This document shows, piece after piece, positions 24,616-38,748 of a stretch of 64,000 nt of DNA. The notes under the pieces were generated by a model. The model was not told the DNA's origin. It made no database searches and worked only from the letters and a program-made list of their open reading frames with translations. The translations under genes and the position numbers were made by a program. The stretch is taken from the NCBI GenBank assembly GCA_025603075.1, contig MU626262.1, positions 186,001 through 250,000 on the forward strand, in the 5' to 3' direction. Each line of letters opens with the position of its first letter. Position 1 is the stretch's first letter. Source of the DNA: Neoconidiobolus thromboides FSU 785 (Eukaryota > Fungi > Entomophthoromycota).

Positions 24616-25104
24616 ATATACTTTATAACCAGAACCTTATAAAGAGATTTTTTGTGTTTAAATGATAATTAATATACTCAATGTTTATATTTTAACAATA
24701 TCTATTTAAATTATTTGTTTAAGTCATTATAGAAAATTTGAGCGCAGCTATAGTAGCAAATGAATTCCAACATATCCGAGTTAATACTGCGCTTAATGAA
24801 CTTAAGTTTCTTCAAAATTTAAACCAATAAACTAGTGTTTAGTCTAATTTCAATGCCTATCAACAGTAGTAATTTTAGTTAAATTGTCCAATAACCTTTC
24901 CAAAGCTATTAAATAGAAAAAATGGAGTTTTACGCAGCAGTTATTCTGAGTAACATTGCTTTTAATTAGTTAAAATTTCAACTATATAATATGATAAATA
25001 ATATTAAAAATAAATTTAATAGCGCGTTTGGAAGCATTATAAAAAGGAAAGAAAACACCAGTTCAAAAATCAAAAATATTTATAAAAACATTTGAAGCTA
25101 AAGC

Positions 25105-27293
25105 ATGAATAAAACAAACTCAAACGACCTTTTATTTGAAGGGAAAAACTTTCTCTTTACTCAAAATGCTCTTGAAGGCGATAAATCACAGATGACAGAG
25201 AAGATACAAAACTTAGGTGGTAATGTTTTGGCCCGTTACTTGAAAAAGGTACATATAGTAATAGTTCGATATGTTGAAGTATTAATATTTTTATAGTTAA
25301 ATTATATTGTTGCAACTGAGGAAGATAAGAAAGACCCACCCAAGAAGCTAAAGCAAGCAATGGGGTGGAAAGATACTTCTATTGTTGGTTTGGATTTTAT
25401 TGAGAAGTGTATTGACGAGGATAAAATTATTGCAAATGATGAGTATTTAATATTATCTGATGACACAGTAAATTCAATCAAAAGAGCATTAAGCGATGCT
25501 GAAGATGACGACAAGGTATCAAAGATCAATAAGGTTACTATACTCGATCAAAATACCGCAAAAAAGGTAATATATATATAGGCGGGTTTAAAATTTCTAA
25601 CTTTATTCAAGGCTGTAGATGAACTTTGTTCTATTCAATCTCAAGTTTCAGTATATTTAGATGATAATATACTATTTGATGTCATGCTGAACCAAACCAA
25701 CCTTGGGCACAACAATAACAAATTCTTTATTCTACAACTCCTTGTTGATACCAAAAATAACTATTATGTTTGGACTAGATGGGGCAGAGTTGGTGTAAAT
25801 GGACAATCTTCTTTAGATAAATTCAATCAAAATTTTGATAAAGCACTTGACAAATTTACCTCTAAATTCTTTGCAAAAAGCGGCAACGAATGGCAATCTC
25901 TTCCCTATTCTCATGTAACTGGAAAGTATTTTATAATGGAAAGAGATTATGAAGACGATGATGAGAGCGATAAAGACGCGAGTGGGGTTGTGAAATCAAA
26001 AAATGGTAATCTAGTCAGTAAACCAATTGCTGAATCAAAATTAGATCCAAGGGTATATAGTTTAGTCAAAAACATATTTGACGTTAAAATGATGAATGAC
26101 TCAATGTCCCAATTTTCTTATGATACTAAAAAAATGCCTCTTGGAAAGTTAACTAAAGATCATATAAAGAAAAGTATGCAAGTTCTGAAAGATATTGCTG
26201 AAGAATTAGCAAGTTCATTGAATAGGTAAATAATTTGAAATCAAAAAAAATCTATCAATAACTTTATTTTCCTAGGCATAGTAAACTTGAAGAACTAAGT
26301 TCTTTATTTTATACAATTATACCCCATGCCTATGGTATGAGGAGACCACCTATTATTGCAACAAAAGAACTATTAAAAAACAAGCTTGAGTTAGTAGAAT
26401 CGTTAGCTGAAATTCAAATAGCTAATAGTTTAATAAAAAAAGTTGATGAAATCGATTCAAATGTTAACCCAATTGATTCAAAATATAATGCATTAAACAA
26501 TAACATTAAACCACTTGATAAGAAAGGAAAGGAATTTGAGCTTATTAAAGAGTATGTCAAAAACACTCATCATAATAGCTATTATGGCTATTATGATCTG
26601 AATGTAAATTGTTTTCAATTATTAAGTAGGTTATTAATATTTTTAGGTTGAAGATGCTTTTGAATTAGTTCGTAGTGGAGAAAATGAAAACTTTAAAGAA
26701 TTCGAGTCTTTACACAATAGGAAATTATTATGGCATGGGTCTAGGATGAGTAATTTTGTTGGAATTTTATCTCAAGGACTTAGAATTGCTCCCCCTGAAG
26801 CTCCAGCTTCAGGATATGCGTTTGGTAAAGGAGTATATTTTGCAGATATTGTATCAAAGGTAAATCCCTTTAACTAATTTTTAGAATATTTCTTAAATTC
26901 ATGTAGAGTGCTGGCTATTGTTGCTCTTTTTTATCAAATAATGAAGCATTAATGCTGCTATGTGAAGTCGCACTAGGAGATGAATTAAAATTAAAAAGTC
27001 CGAATTGTAATGCTGCAGAAAATGCCAAAAGAAACAATAAGCATTGTACAAAAGGATTAGGACGACTACATCCAGATCCAAAGGAAGATTATATACTTGA
27101 AAACAATACAATAGTGCCAAAAGGCAAACCTATCCTCTCAAACGATGAAAACCTTATATCCCATAATGAGTATATCGTCTATAATACTAGCCAAATTAAA
27201 ATGAAGTAAGTTTTATTTAGTTTTATCTACTTAAATTAATTATCATATAATAGGTATCTTATTAAAATTAAATTTGATTATAATAAACATTGA
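25105..27293 (+). CDS. PARP: Poly(ADP-ribose) polymerase (BRCT-WGR-regulatory-catalytic), 7 exons
   Basis: Exons 25105-25248, 25297-25566, 25612-26225, 26276-26603, 26647-26859, 26907-27205, 27254-27293. [22 protein letters not shown] and HNEYIVY give an intact H-Y-E triad. Confidence 0.95.
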
Positions 27294-28725
27294 TATTTAG
27301 ATACTCATTTGTACTCTCAATAATTATTTAATTGATAGAATAATATTTATTTTAATTATTATAACAATCGATTTATTATATTGAATAACTGCCCCAAAAT
27401 TATTTAGGAACAAAATCTCGCTAAAATTTATGCTTAGATTTCCTGCTTTCCCTTTATTGAGCACTGTAATATGCAATTGAAGTTACATTTTGCTATTTAT
27501 TTTCTATCAACATTCTTAGTTCCCTCACAATCATCTTTTTATAATATAATCTTTATAAGGGAATCGCCATTTTATTACAAAATAACACTTGTTTTTAATT
27601 ATTATGAATAACAGTTTATCTTCAAAAGTTGTACTAATAACTTCTCAAAATTATCATTTTACTAGTACTATTTACAGTAATGCTATTTGACTTTTTGTGT
27701 ACTAAAATAAGTGACTACATTTTAAAGTAGTACTATCAAAAGTTTCTAATATTGCATTGATCTTTATTAGAAAATTATTTATAAAACTTAACGATTCTTA
27801 AAGCCACTTTTTAATTATAGAACATTATAAGTACATTTGTCATTTCATATTTGTGATTTAGTTAATTATATCATTCAATAAATGTGTTACAACCCCTTGT
27901 ATTTTTCTTCAATTTTGCTGTGCTTTATATTATTTCCTAATACTGATGAATTTTCGAATTTCTCTTAATTTGGAAACAGTATATATTGTGTAGGATTGTA
28001 TAAGATTATAAATATTATATTAGTATTATTATAGCTTAGAAGTTGTACAATCATTTTGAAAATGAAAAAGATAACATAATCTATTTTAAATAAATTAAAA
28101 GGAAGGAGTAACTTATTTCAGAACATAAGTGAAAAATAAAATGAATCAAATATGAATCAAATATTAAATTTTTATAAAAATAATAAGGATTATAAGCGGA
28201 ATTATCCCTAAAATAGGAACAGAAAAATCATAAAAGAGATTATTCTTAATTCTATTATCATCTCAAATCAACTCTAACTAGCTTCGTATATTTGACAAAT
28301 AAGTGCTAATACTGCCCAAATAAATCATAAAGATTAGAAAATAATAATTTTCAATTAAATTTGAAAATGACTTAAACTGGGCATTTATTCTAAAGTTTCC
28401 AGGTTGAATTTTTATTCTGTTCCTTCATAAAATGCCTGGTTAATGTAAAAATAACACATTATGCCAATTCTTTGATCTTTAATCTATTTAACAATTTTAA
28501 AGTGTATCTTCTAAGTTATTAACTCATAAAGCTTATACTAAATATCATGTATATTTATATATTAATCTAAAAAATAAGGCATAAACTAAACTAGATACGA
28601 TTGTTTTAATTATGTAAAATCATTGTTCAAAAAAAAGCTATCAAATATTAATTAAATGACTTTTACTTTTCAATTATTCAAAACTCAAAAAATATTTTTA
28701 AAAAATATTGAAATTATTAAATAGA

Positions 28726-30153
28726 TTAACCATAATGTTTAAACTTAAGTTCAGGATAGCCAACTTGAGCGTTAGAAGATACTGGGGTGCTTCGAGTCAT
28801 TGGGTATTCGCAATAATCCTCTCCGCCTGCTCCATTGGTATAATTTTGATAGCTATAGGGTATTTCACAACTGTTTGGAAATTGATTAAATTGGCGGTAA
28901 TGATTTTTTGGATATTCACTTGGATGAGAATAGCCTGGGCTAACTTGATACTGTTGTTCAACAGTTGAAGAGTAAACTGGTATTTGTTCGCCATAAAAGG
29001 ATTGAGTAATTGGATTATTTAAACTTGTGTCACATATACTACCAGCATAAGGAACTGTTGGAAATGGTACTCCCATAGAAATAGCTTGGGAAGGATACAT
29101 TCCATATTCATACTCGAGAGCTTCACTATAACTAGCTGGAGATTGTAAAGGAGCTGTAGGGCTTTGATGAAATTCAACTGGTTTCGATATTGGTGGTAAA
29201 TTTGTTGGAGCTCTCCTACGACGACGAGCGGGACCTGTATTTTCTCTATAACCTTGTGTTACAGAAGGTTGAGGCATAGAAGTCGATTTATATGGTTCCC
29301 AAGGCAAAGAATTTGGTACATATGGTTGTTGAGACATTGGACTTGATGTATATGATTGTTGAGACATGGAAACTGGTGTATAGGATTGAGTCATTGGAAT
29401 TGTCGTATAAGACTGTGACATAAGTGTTAAATTTTGTGTTTTAAGATCATAACTCATGCTCCTTGGTGAATTACGTTCAGGCACAGCCTGATTTAATTCA
29501 TATTCACCTTGTTTTATATGACTCGTTGTCTTATAGTCGTTTAGTGGATCTTTGGGGTCGACTATACGTTCATAAGCTAATTGATCTTTAGAGTCAACTA
29601 TACGCTCAAAAGTTTCTCGTTGATACTCAAGCATTTTATTTAAACCTTGAGATGATATTTCAATGTCAATTGAGTGGGCTTGGAAGGATAACATAGGATC
29701 ATAGTAAAACTTTTCAATATCAGTTTCAAATAGTGGATAAAGAAGCTCATCAATTTTAAAAATTTTGGCCATTTCTTGAGCTCTTTCAAGTGGAATCCAT
29801 ACCCCTTTTAAAACCATACTACCAGATTTGATTACATGTCTTCCCTTTTCTGCCTTTAAAATACCATCTCGTTTACCGCGAGTCATCCCTACAACGTTTA
29901 AAAGCTTGGTACCATTAATCATGGCATTATCTTTCCTCCTTGCCACAGTCATATTATTTGCTTCTACTTGGTAACAATAAGTATCTTCATCCTCCCACTG
30001 CACAGCAGATAGTTTTGGTAAGACACTACTGGAATGTAATAAACGAGTATTATCATCAGATGATATAGGACTGTTATTTTGTTTTGTTTGGTTCCACATT
30101 GGATTTTTATAATGTTGATTAGGAGTTGTTAAAGTGGTGTGATCAGTTTGCAT
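28726..30153 (-). CDS. APSES transcription factor (StuA/Sok2/Phd1/Efg1 group); intronless ORF
   Basis: [51 protein letters not shown]...[11 protein letters not shown]; low-complexity Q/S/P/Y tail. Confidence 0.95.
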   Translation of the reverse strand: MQTDHTTLTTPNQHYKNPMWNQTKQNNSPISSDDNTRLLHSSSVLPKLSAVQWEDEDTYCYQVEANNMTVARRKDNAMINGTKLLNVVGMTRGKRDGILKAEKGRHVIKSGSMVLKGVWIPLERAQEMAKIFKIDELLYPLFETDIEKFYYDPMLSFQAHSIDIEISSQGLNKMLEYQRETFERIVDSKDQLAYERIVDPKDPLNDYKTTSHIKQGEYELNQAVPERNSPRSMSYDLKTQNLTLMSQSYTTIPMTQSYTPVSMSQQSYTSSPMSQQPYVPNSLPWEPYKSTSMPQPSVTQGYRENTGPARRRRRAPTNLPPISKPVEFHQSPTAPLQSPASYSEALEYEYGMYPSQAISMGVPFPTVPYAGSICDTSLNNPITQSFYGEQIPVYSSTVEQQYQVSPGYSHPSEYPKNHYRQFNQFPNSCEIPYSYQNYTNGAGGEDYCEYPMTRSTPVSSNAQVGYPELKFKHYG

Positions 30154-31789
30154 ATTGCTATTGATTATTGATAATTTGATTAAGTGATAGAGGATATAAT
30201 AAGAATAATAAGACTATTTATTTTATAGATATAAGCCTGTTGTCATTAACTAGAAATAAAATGGATAAAGCAGATAGCTTTAATAAACAAGATTGACTAA
30301 AAGTACAAATAAAAAACTATGAAGAATAATAGTTGAGAAATTAAATAATCATAGAAGTTTAATAATGAAATATTGATTAAACTAACAAAATTTAAATGGT
30401 GATTTGATCTGCTTATATACTTTTCAATTAATCAATTTCTAAACTTCACTTTAAAAATTCTTTATCAAAATAATAATGTATACTTAATTTAGTTTATTCT
30501 CTTTTTTATATGGCAATCGATGAAATTTTTATTTATACTAATATGGTAGTGCTAATAGTTTCCCCATCGCTCTCAAGTTACCATCCATTTTATGAACTCC
30601 ATGATTTCACTTTCTTCTCCAAAGTATTACGATTGTAAATCCAAGTTTAATTGAAATAAAGATTATTTCTAACGATTATGGTTGGCTCATTGTAAATAAA
30701 AACCAATCAATATTACAATATCTTTTTTTCTCTTCAACTTATTTGATTAGTTTAATGTGGCACTTATTAGCAATTTAACAAGTCAACTTGGAATAGGAAG
30801 TACTTCGGCTCATAGCCAAAACAAGAAGTCAAAAATCTAGTGATAATTTATTCAAGTTGATGGCCCTTAAATTTAATTACATGTGATCACAGCTTGTTTT
30901 ATAAATTTACAAATATTTATTAAATGGTTTGAACAGATCAGTCTGTTTTCGGATACTATACAAGTGTAAATTTGAAATTTTATAACATAACGGAGCTTTT
31001 GATAAACGAATTTAATTAGTTCAAATAAGGCTACTTGGCTGAATTAAAGACATGAATTTAAAATCAATATGGGTGTAGTAGTAGTTACATGAGATTATAC
31101 TTGTAATTAAATTCTTCTTATTGGTCAAGTTACAAATCTTTTAATTATTTATTGTTAGTCATTTATGAATAAGTAAAATTATCTCCATCCCCAAAACTAA
31201 CAGTTGAAAACTATTATAATTGAATGATCGAATAATAGAATAAATAGCTGAAGAACTTTTTATTGTGTTTCTATAGAAACTTAATAAACAATTCTTGTTT
31301 AAGTTGGTTGCCATTCATAGTTATAGCGAGCTTTGAATTTTGTGATATGTTTATATATTACTTTTGTATATATTTATTCTATTTTGATTAAATTAGCTTT
31401 TAAGATATCAACGATATTATACTGGTCAATGATTTCATAATAATGAGTTGTAAATGTTTGTTATTTGAATTTAATATATTTATTCTTTAGTATTCTGTAA
31501 TATTATTTTATATTTAATTTAAGTTTGAACATGTAAAGAGTATTCTTTAATAAGTATAAATAAATAGTAAATTAAATGATCAAATGCAAGTAGCTATATT
31601 AATTCTATTGATCGAATTACTTTAATTTCAACTAATTTACTTTTTTAATTACTCAAAAAATAGCTATAACAAAAGTAAGTTATTTCTCTATTCAAATTTC
31701 TCTATTCAATCTAGAAAAGTAAAAAATAAAAAAAAGTAAAAAATAAAAAGTAAAAAGATGAATCTTAAAAAATAAAATCGACTATAAAT

Positions 31790-31887
31790 TATTAATATAT
31801 TAATATATTAATATACTAATATATTAATATATTAATATACTAATATATTAATATACTAATATATTGATGTATTAATGTATTAATATA
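31790..31887. repeat. 8-bp AT minisatellite (TATTAATA/TACTAATA)n
   Basis: Visible tandem units in the APSES upstream region. Confidence 0.8.
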
Positions 31888-34000
31888 TAATGAAATTAAA
31901 GTTTAGATTAAAAAACTTTATTGTTTAAATGCCATTACTAAGCAGAAATAAATTACTATGTACTCCAGTTTCCATTAGAAATATTTGACTGAAAACCACT
32001 TTTTCTTCTGCATTAAATCCAGAATCTGAATTAGATTTATGCAATTTAAGTTATAAGTTGACTAGAATTCTAAAATACAATAGACCAACTCCTAAGTAAT
32101 AAAAAATAGCAGTAATTTTTTCAATTAAAAACTCAATAAAAATATTATGATTGAGCCCAACTTTGAATTTTTTAAAAGCCTCATAATCAAAAGTAAGCAT
32201 TAACAGTTACCCAGCTCATACAGAAACAATATTGTAAGTGACCAGAATGAATTATAATTATGAAAAAATTCATAGAAACAGTCTGCGAATTTGGATTAAA
32301 ACTTTAATGCACCATAACTTTTAAACTAAAAGTTCCAACTTAATCGGACGGTCAAATAAACCATATTTAAACAAAACTTTATTCTCAAGTATCGGGAACT
32401 ATACCAAATAAATCGTAAGCTGAGAGAATAAAACAGGGCTAAAACATCCGAGCTACATTTATAACTGTTTAATTAAACGATTAAAAAAGTAATTAAATTT
32501 TAAGACCATGACTTTTTAGTGGTTACTAAGGTTATTACTTTTTTGTTACTTTTTATTACTTTTTTATTACTTTGATAAAACAAGTGGAAAATAAAATTAA
32601 CTAGATTATGATCGAAATGATAAGAAGACGAAGACTAATTCTTTTTTGATATATAAAAGTAACAAATGTTTTATTTCTTATTCAACTTTTATGATATAAG
32701 CATTATTTTATTTACTTTCTTATAAATTCTATGATATAAACATTATGCTATTTATTTAAGTAGAAATGAAAAATAGTCGGATGATCGCTTCTATTGAATG
32801 ATTAAAAAAGTATCTTCATTGTTCTAAAAGCTAAATCAAGTTAAAGTTTCCATGTTTTACTTTAATAAGAATTAATATCAGTTCTTCTATAATCAAAGCT
32901 TTTTTATTATATTATATTATTGAGATAATAAGGTTCTTATTTTAACTTAGAGCCGGGTAAAGTTGATGTAAGATTTTGTAAAAAAAATAAAACTTATTTT
33001 ATTAAACTTTATGACTTTTCGAAAATTAACATAAATAGTAGATAATTTCTTAATAAAGGGAGGGGATAATATTGTTTTTAATTATGCCATCTTGGATCGT
33101 AGTCAAGGAACTGGTAAATTATTCTATCAATTTTTTATTAAAACCTGAAAATTTTGATCAGAAATAAAACTCAATACATCTTTTGAGAAAGTTTAAAATA
33201 CCGAGATTAATCATTTGCAAGCAAACATTTAATAAAACGCAAAAACTTCTAGTATTTCATTGTTTTTGTTTCCAATTATCAACCGTTAGAACTTACGTTT
33301 TTCAAAACAATGTACAAAATTTAGAAATCCTGAAGTGGAAAATTTGAGCAGATTTATTAGAGATAATGTTTGAATGGACTAAATTCTTAAAAATGCCAAG
33401 ACGATTACATCGTTAATTAATTCATACTGAAATCAACCTAATTTACTGACGTTTTATAACAAATAAATAGCTTAAGAATAAAGCCTAAAAGTAAACAATT
33501 AGTTTATAATATTTATATTTACAGTTTATTTTTCATTCGTTTACTATCAAGAATTATCGCCAATTTTAAAACTTTATGACTTTGTTCTACTTTGACTAAG
33601 CTTCGATCACTTGATAAGGATTAAATGAAGTAGTATGTGATATTCAATGTGATATATTATTCTTTGAAATTTATGAATGATCTAATATTTTATTAGTTGT
33701 TTATTAAGAATAACAATAAGAATTTATTTCTTATTACATAAAGTTTTTATTAGATGTTTAAAATAGTTTGTTTGATCTTAATCGTATACTAATCTGTTTA
33801 ATGCTATTATTTTAACATGTAAACTTTTAAATAAAACAATTACTAAACTTAGTAATTTAATTTTACTAGGCTTTTAAACTCATTCAATATTACCTGATTG
33901 TAAGTATTCCTTATTATTTTTTATAATTATTATTTTATATTTTATTTATTTGTTTATTTTGAATTTATGTTTTAATTTTAATTTTATAAAGGTTTAACCT

Positions 34001-34058
34001 GAAATGTTTTTCTTAATTTTATTACTTTTCCATTTTTTAAGCGTTATTTGAGTGGAAA
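34001..34058 (+). mobile_element. MITE family A copy 16 (left ~60 bp only)
   Basis: attacttttccattttttaagcgttatttgagtggaaa breaks off where copy 17 begins. Confidence 0.75.
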
Positions 34059-34062
34059 TAAT

Positions 34063-34161
34063 GGGGATGCGTTTTTATGTTTAAGGATTTTACTAATAAT
34101 TTTTCCGCTCAAATAATACTTAAAGATGGAAAAAAGTAATAAACCTAAAAAAAACACTCCC
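34063..34161 (-). mobile_element. MITE family A copy 17
   Basis: Full reverse copy. Confidence 0.9.
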
Positions 34162-34484
34162 AATGTTATCTTTAGTAACTTTATTTTAATTAATGGAATT
34201 CTTTTATTTAGTTTGTATATTTTTTATTTAATTTATAATAATTTTTTAGAACCTGATTTTTGTATTTTTAAATGAATAATAAATTAACTTATAATAGAAC
34301 TATAACAACCATGTTTATATTTATAATTATCATTTAAAAAAATTATATAATTTATAAAAATTTATTTAAGATTTTAAACTAATATTTAAAATTATATGTT
34401 ATAAGTCAATATAAAAAATAGAATGTTATAAAGGTTGTATTAAATAATTAAAAAGTAATTTTGATAATAAAATAAATATTAAAT

Positions 34485-34581
34485 GGGGCTGTATTTTTGT
34501 GTTTAAGAATTTTACTAACAGTCTTTCTACTCAAATAGCGCTCAAAAAATAGAAATCAATGAAATGAAAAAAAACATCCCC
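34485..34581 (-). mobile_element. MITE family A copy 18
   Basis: Full reverse copy; AAAT/ATAT. Confidence 0.9.
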
Positions 34582-34912
34582 ATATATATAATATAAAGTA
34601 AAAAAAGGTAAAAGCTGATTAAAATTATAAAGTGATTAAAATTTGTAAATAAAATCTGTAATTTAATTTAAGCTAAAAAATCAACCAGTATTAAATTTAG
34701 TATTAAATACTTAGTATTAATTTTTTTATATAATTAAACTTCTTGAGCTGATTTTTAATTTTAATAAAGCTGTTAAATACTATTAAGCTTATAATATTTA
34801 TAATAATAATTTAGATATTAAGTTATTTAAGCTGAGATCTGACTAGTTTACAAATAATCAAAATATTGATATAATAATAAAATATTAAAAATTAAAATAA
34901 TCTTTATAATTT

Positions 34913-35010
34913 GGGGATGTTTTTTTTGGTTTCATTACTTTTTCTATTTTTTTAAGCCCTATTTGGGCGGAAAAATTGTTAGTAAAACTTAAACACAAAA
35001 ATACATCCCC
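34913..35010 (+). mobile_element. MITE family A copy 19
   Basis: Consensus match; ATTT/ATTT duplication. Confidence 0.92.
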
Positions 35011-35041
35011 ATTTAAAATTTTGAACTTTATTGCAAAGAAG

Positions 35042-35361
35042 ATTATCCTCTCATTTTGATATCCATACTTGTTGGGGTATAAAAGAGATCTTAGAGCATA
35101 GTAGCTCGAGGCTTTTTAACTGAATTATTCCTTGATATTGTACCTTTAATAAAGCCATTAAATCTTTGTGATACTATTTTACATAGATTTTACAGTAGTA
35201 TTATCTATCCTACTTGTCTTACGTAGTCTGTAGTATATTACGTACTATTCTTCATAATTCAAGTCTATCTTAGTCACATAAACTAAGATTTTTTGACTTG
35301 CAGTATAATTAACCAAACAAGAACTGCTTTCGACTCCAACCATTAAGTACCAAATTTCATA
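35042..35361 (-). pseudogene. Decayed coding remnant of a dispersed repeat (family B copy 2)
   Basis: Colinear homolog of 13140-13459, differing mostly by transitions. Confidence 0.7.
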
Positions 35362-35939
35362 AATTATATATATACAAAAGACAAAACAAATAAATAAAAT
35401 AAATAAAATAAAATATTAGTAATTTAAATTTAAAAATAAAAGTAGCTTTAAATAAACTTTTTTGTTTGCAAATGATCAATCTTAGTATTTTAAACTTTTT
35501 CAAAAGTGCAACAATAATTATTATTATGCAAAATTATCATTAATTTATAATGATTCCAATATTGAAAATAAGTCATTAACAGTTTTAAGCAAAAGTTAAT
35601 CAAATGCTATTAATATTGTCAAAAAAACTCAATTGTTTAAACAATCTTGATTTTTTAATTGAATAAAAAAAGGTAAAAAAGAATAGTTGCTATTTTTGAA
35701 ATTGTTTTTAACACTTTTTGCAGTTTTTTTGATTCAAACCAATTATTTAGAAATCTATTTTTTAGCATATATTTATAGCATTTTATTCTTACTTGCAGTG
35801 GATCTTCCTCAATTAATAAAAAAAACATTTATAAAAGATTAATCAAATTAGATTTTCAATAGATTTTCTAACTCAAACTTCATGCTAGATAATTTGAAAA
35901 TAATATTAGTAAATCTTTTGGGTTGTAAAGTCATTAAAT

Positions 35940-36035
35940 GGGAATGTATTTTTTTGTTTAAGAATTTTACTACAATCTTTCCACTCAAATAGCGCTCAAA
36001 AAATGGAAAAATAATGAAACTAAAAAAACAGCCCC
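35940..36035 (-). mobile_element. MITE family A copy 20
   Basis: Reverse copy; AAAT/AAAT duplication. Confidence 0.9.
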
Positions 36036-36419
36036 AAATAATAAATTATACAAATTTCATTTAATTTGCATTAAGCTTTAGTAACTGCATTTTAAGCTAT
36101 CTTTTATTTATTAAATTTTATAAAAAAGAATATTATTAATTAGTTTTAAAATGTCTAGTATTGAGCTTTGGTAATTACAATTGATTTCAGTTAATACATT
36201 AATTAATTTAATTTATTAGTTTAATCTTATAAACTTTTATATACTCTAAAGAATGAAATTTGATATCTATTTTTCATATCAAAACTCAACTGTTCATTAA
36301 CAAAAAGAAGTTGATTGGGTTTTTAAAGGGATAAAATTAGCTTTTAAAAAAGAATACTTGTGAAAAATTAAACTCACTTTTATTCTAATTTAGTAAACTA
36401 AATAGATTTCGATTTTCAA

Positions 36420-37204
36420 ATGACATCCATGCCTACAACTCAAGACACTGATTTTTTGATCAATTTGATTAGTAACTTACGGGATTGTGGTAGCTATAAA
36501 ACGTTTTCTTCCAACTTAAAACGGTGTTCTGTAGCTATTGTATTACGTTTTAATTTTCTTGAAACTATACCCTTACGCGATCTAGGTTCTAATGTAGATA
36601 TACCAAGCCCCAATAATTTAATCAATCACTTAAATCTAATTCAAAGTATGGGATATCAACAAGTGAGAACATTGAGAAAAAGAGATTGGAGGATAGTAAA
36701 TTTACTGGAGGATGCAAAAAAATATCAATGTCAATTAGAGCTGTTGGTGATGCGTAGAAAAACAAATAAAAGAGATAGATGGTCAGGTCATATTTGTTTA
36801 CCTGGAGGTAAGAAAGATGATTTAACCGATATTTCAGATTATGATACAGCTACAAGAGAGTTTTTAGAAGAGTGTGGTATGAATTTAAAAAATTCTAAAC
36901 AGTAAGTTTTAATTTTATAAAATAGATTTAATAGTCATAATTAACTTCATTTTGTTTATTCTATTTAGTTTTGTTCATTTAGGTGAATTAGATGATCGTT
37001 ATGTTAAATCAAGATTTGGATTTAAAAATTTAATGGTATTAAGTCCACAAGTATTTTTACAAGTTCATCGACATGAATTACCGATTCAACCTCAAATTAA
37101 CGAAGTGGATACTTTAGCTTGGTTACCTGTTAATTACTTTTTATCATATTTAAAATTTCCTATGGAATTCAATAATAATCAAGATAAATTTAACTTAATA
37201 GCAG

Positions 37205-37243
<39 letters not shown>

Positions 37244-37786
37244 TTTCATCAACAGAGCATATGATTATTGATATAAGTTCTTTTTTAATCCCTACTAATA
37301 AGTTCTTATATTTTCCTCAAAAGTTATTAAGATATTTGATAGGCAATATGTATTTTAAATGCTTACCTCTCCCCTCCCCTTTAAATGAAAGTAAATTATG
37401 GGGTTTAACTTTAACTATAATAAGTGATTTATTAGATATGGGCAATAATCCTAAATTAATTACCCATATCTTACCTTTGGATCATCCCTTACCTAAATTC
37501 GATTTTAAAGATTTGAATTATTTATTAAATTTATTTTGTCCAATTCATTCATTAAGGAAGCCAGTGACGAAAAGAGTATCATTGTAAGTGTTTATTATTT
37601 AATATATTATTATATCATAATGTCATTCATTTATTATTATTATTTAGTGTATGGGAAACTTACTTTCAAACATTCCATTTTTTATTAATTTATCTATTGT
37701 TATCTCGTACAACTATGATTTATTTTTTATTTAAATATGGGTTACCTTGGATTAAAAAGATCAAATTAAATCTATTAAAAAAATAA
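36420..37786 (+). CDS. Nudix hydrolase, CoA-diphosphatase-like (PCD1/NUDT7-related) with C-terminal hydrophobic tail, 3 exons
   Basis: Exons 36420-36901, 36969-37583, 37648-37786. RWSGHICLPGGK..D...TATREFLEECG Nudix box, KLWGLT motif, poly-Asn insert at 37207-37242. Confidence 0.85.
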
Positions 37787-37880
37787 GAATAAAGCGTATT
37801 CTCTTTATTTATTATAAATTATATTCTCTTTTATTTTATATTTTATATTTTATATTTTATATTTTATTCACTTTATTTTT

Positions 37881-38593
37881 TTAACCAAATAACTTCCAGT
37901 CTTTAATTTTAAAACTTTTGATCATATTGAAAAATAAAGTATCCTTATTAAGTATACTATTATTATCCAAAATAGGTTGATGAAAACTAATTAATAGATC
38001 GGAATCTACCTTTTTTAATCGAAACAAAGCTAAATAAAATAACAAATTGATAACATTTCCTCCTCTTTCCTTGATGACTTGATTTCCTTTTAATATATAT
38101 ACTTTACTATCTTGACTATTAAAAATGTCATCAACAATTTTCAAAGTATCAAAAATAATAATATAATCAACTTACCTTAGTCCTTGTATTTCATTAGAAT
38201 CAATTTCTTTAACATCTTCAATTGTAAAACTTTCTACTTGATTTAAATCACAAATTTCTTGAAAATGATAACTAAACATTAAGAATTAATATTTCTCTTT
38301 AAAAATAATCATATACTTTCAAATAAAAACTTACTTAACACTTTCTTCATCTTTTACATCTTTAGATAATTCATTAATTTCAATAATTAAACTTCGATTT
38401 TCTTCTGTTTGATCTGCAAATACTTCTTGATGATTTGGTACTTCTCGAAATTGACTATAGGTTATTTGATTTATATTGAATATACAATTTATTGATTTTT
38501 ATATTATTTGAATCTAATTACTTACCTTAAATCAACTAATTGATCGAATATTGACATTTCAATAGCTCCACCAAATAATTTTGTTGATATCAT
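37881..38593 (-). CDS. MOG1: Ran guanine nucleotide release factor Mog1 (multi-exon; alternative in-frame ATG at 38662)
   Basis: KLFGGAI, REVPNHQEVFAD, SLIIEINE, LALFRL..VDSDLLISFHQP, FKIKDWKLFG*. Confidence 0.85.
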
Positions 38594-38748
38594 AATTTCA
38601 GAATAACAAAATAGATTAAAAAAATATCGATTCCCCACTTTCTTAACTAATACTTTTAACATAATTCAAAAAAAACGAATGCAAAAAACGAATGCAAAAA
38701 ATCAAATCCATAAATAAACTACTTTAATAAATAAAGAAAAGTACAATA

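Noticed and set aside
31920-32500. Slightly GC-richer patch that might be a gene remnant
   Set aside because: No frame gave a recognisable motif, so no call can be supported.
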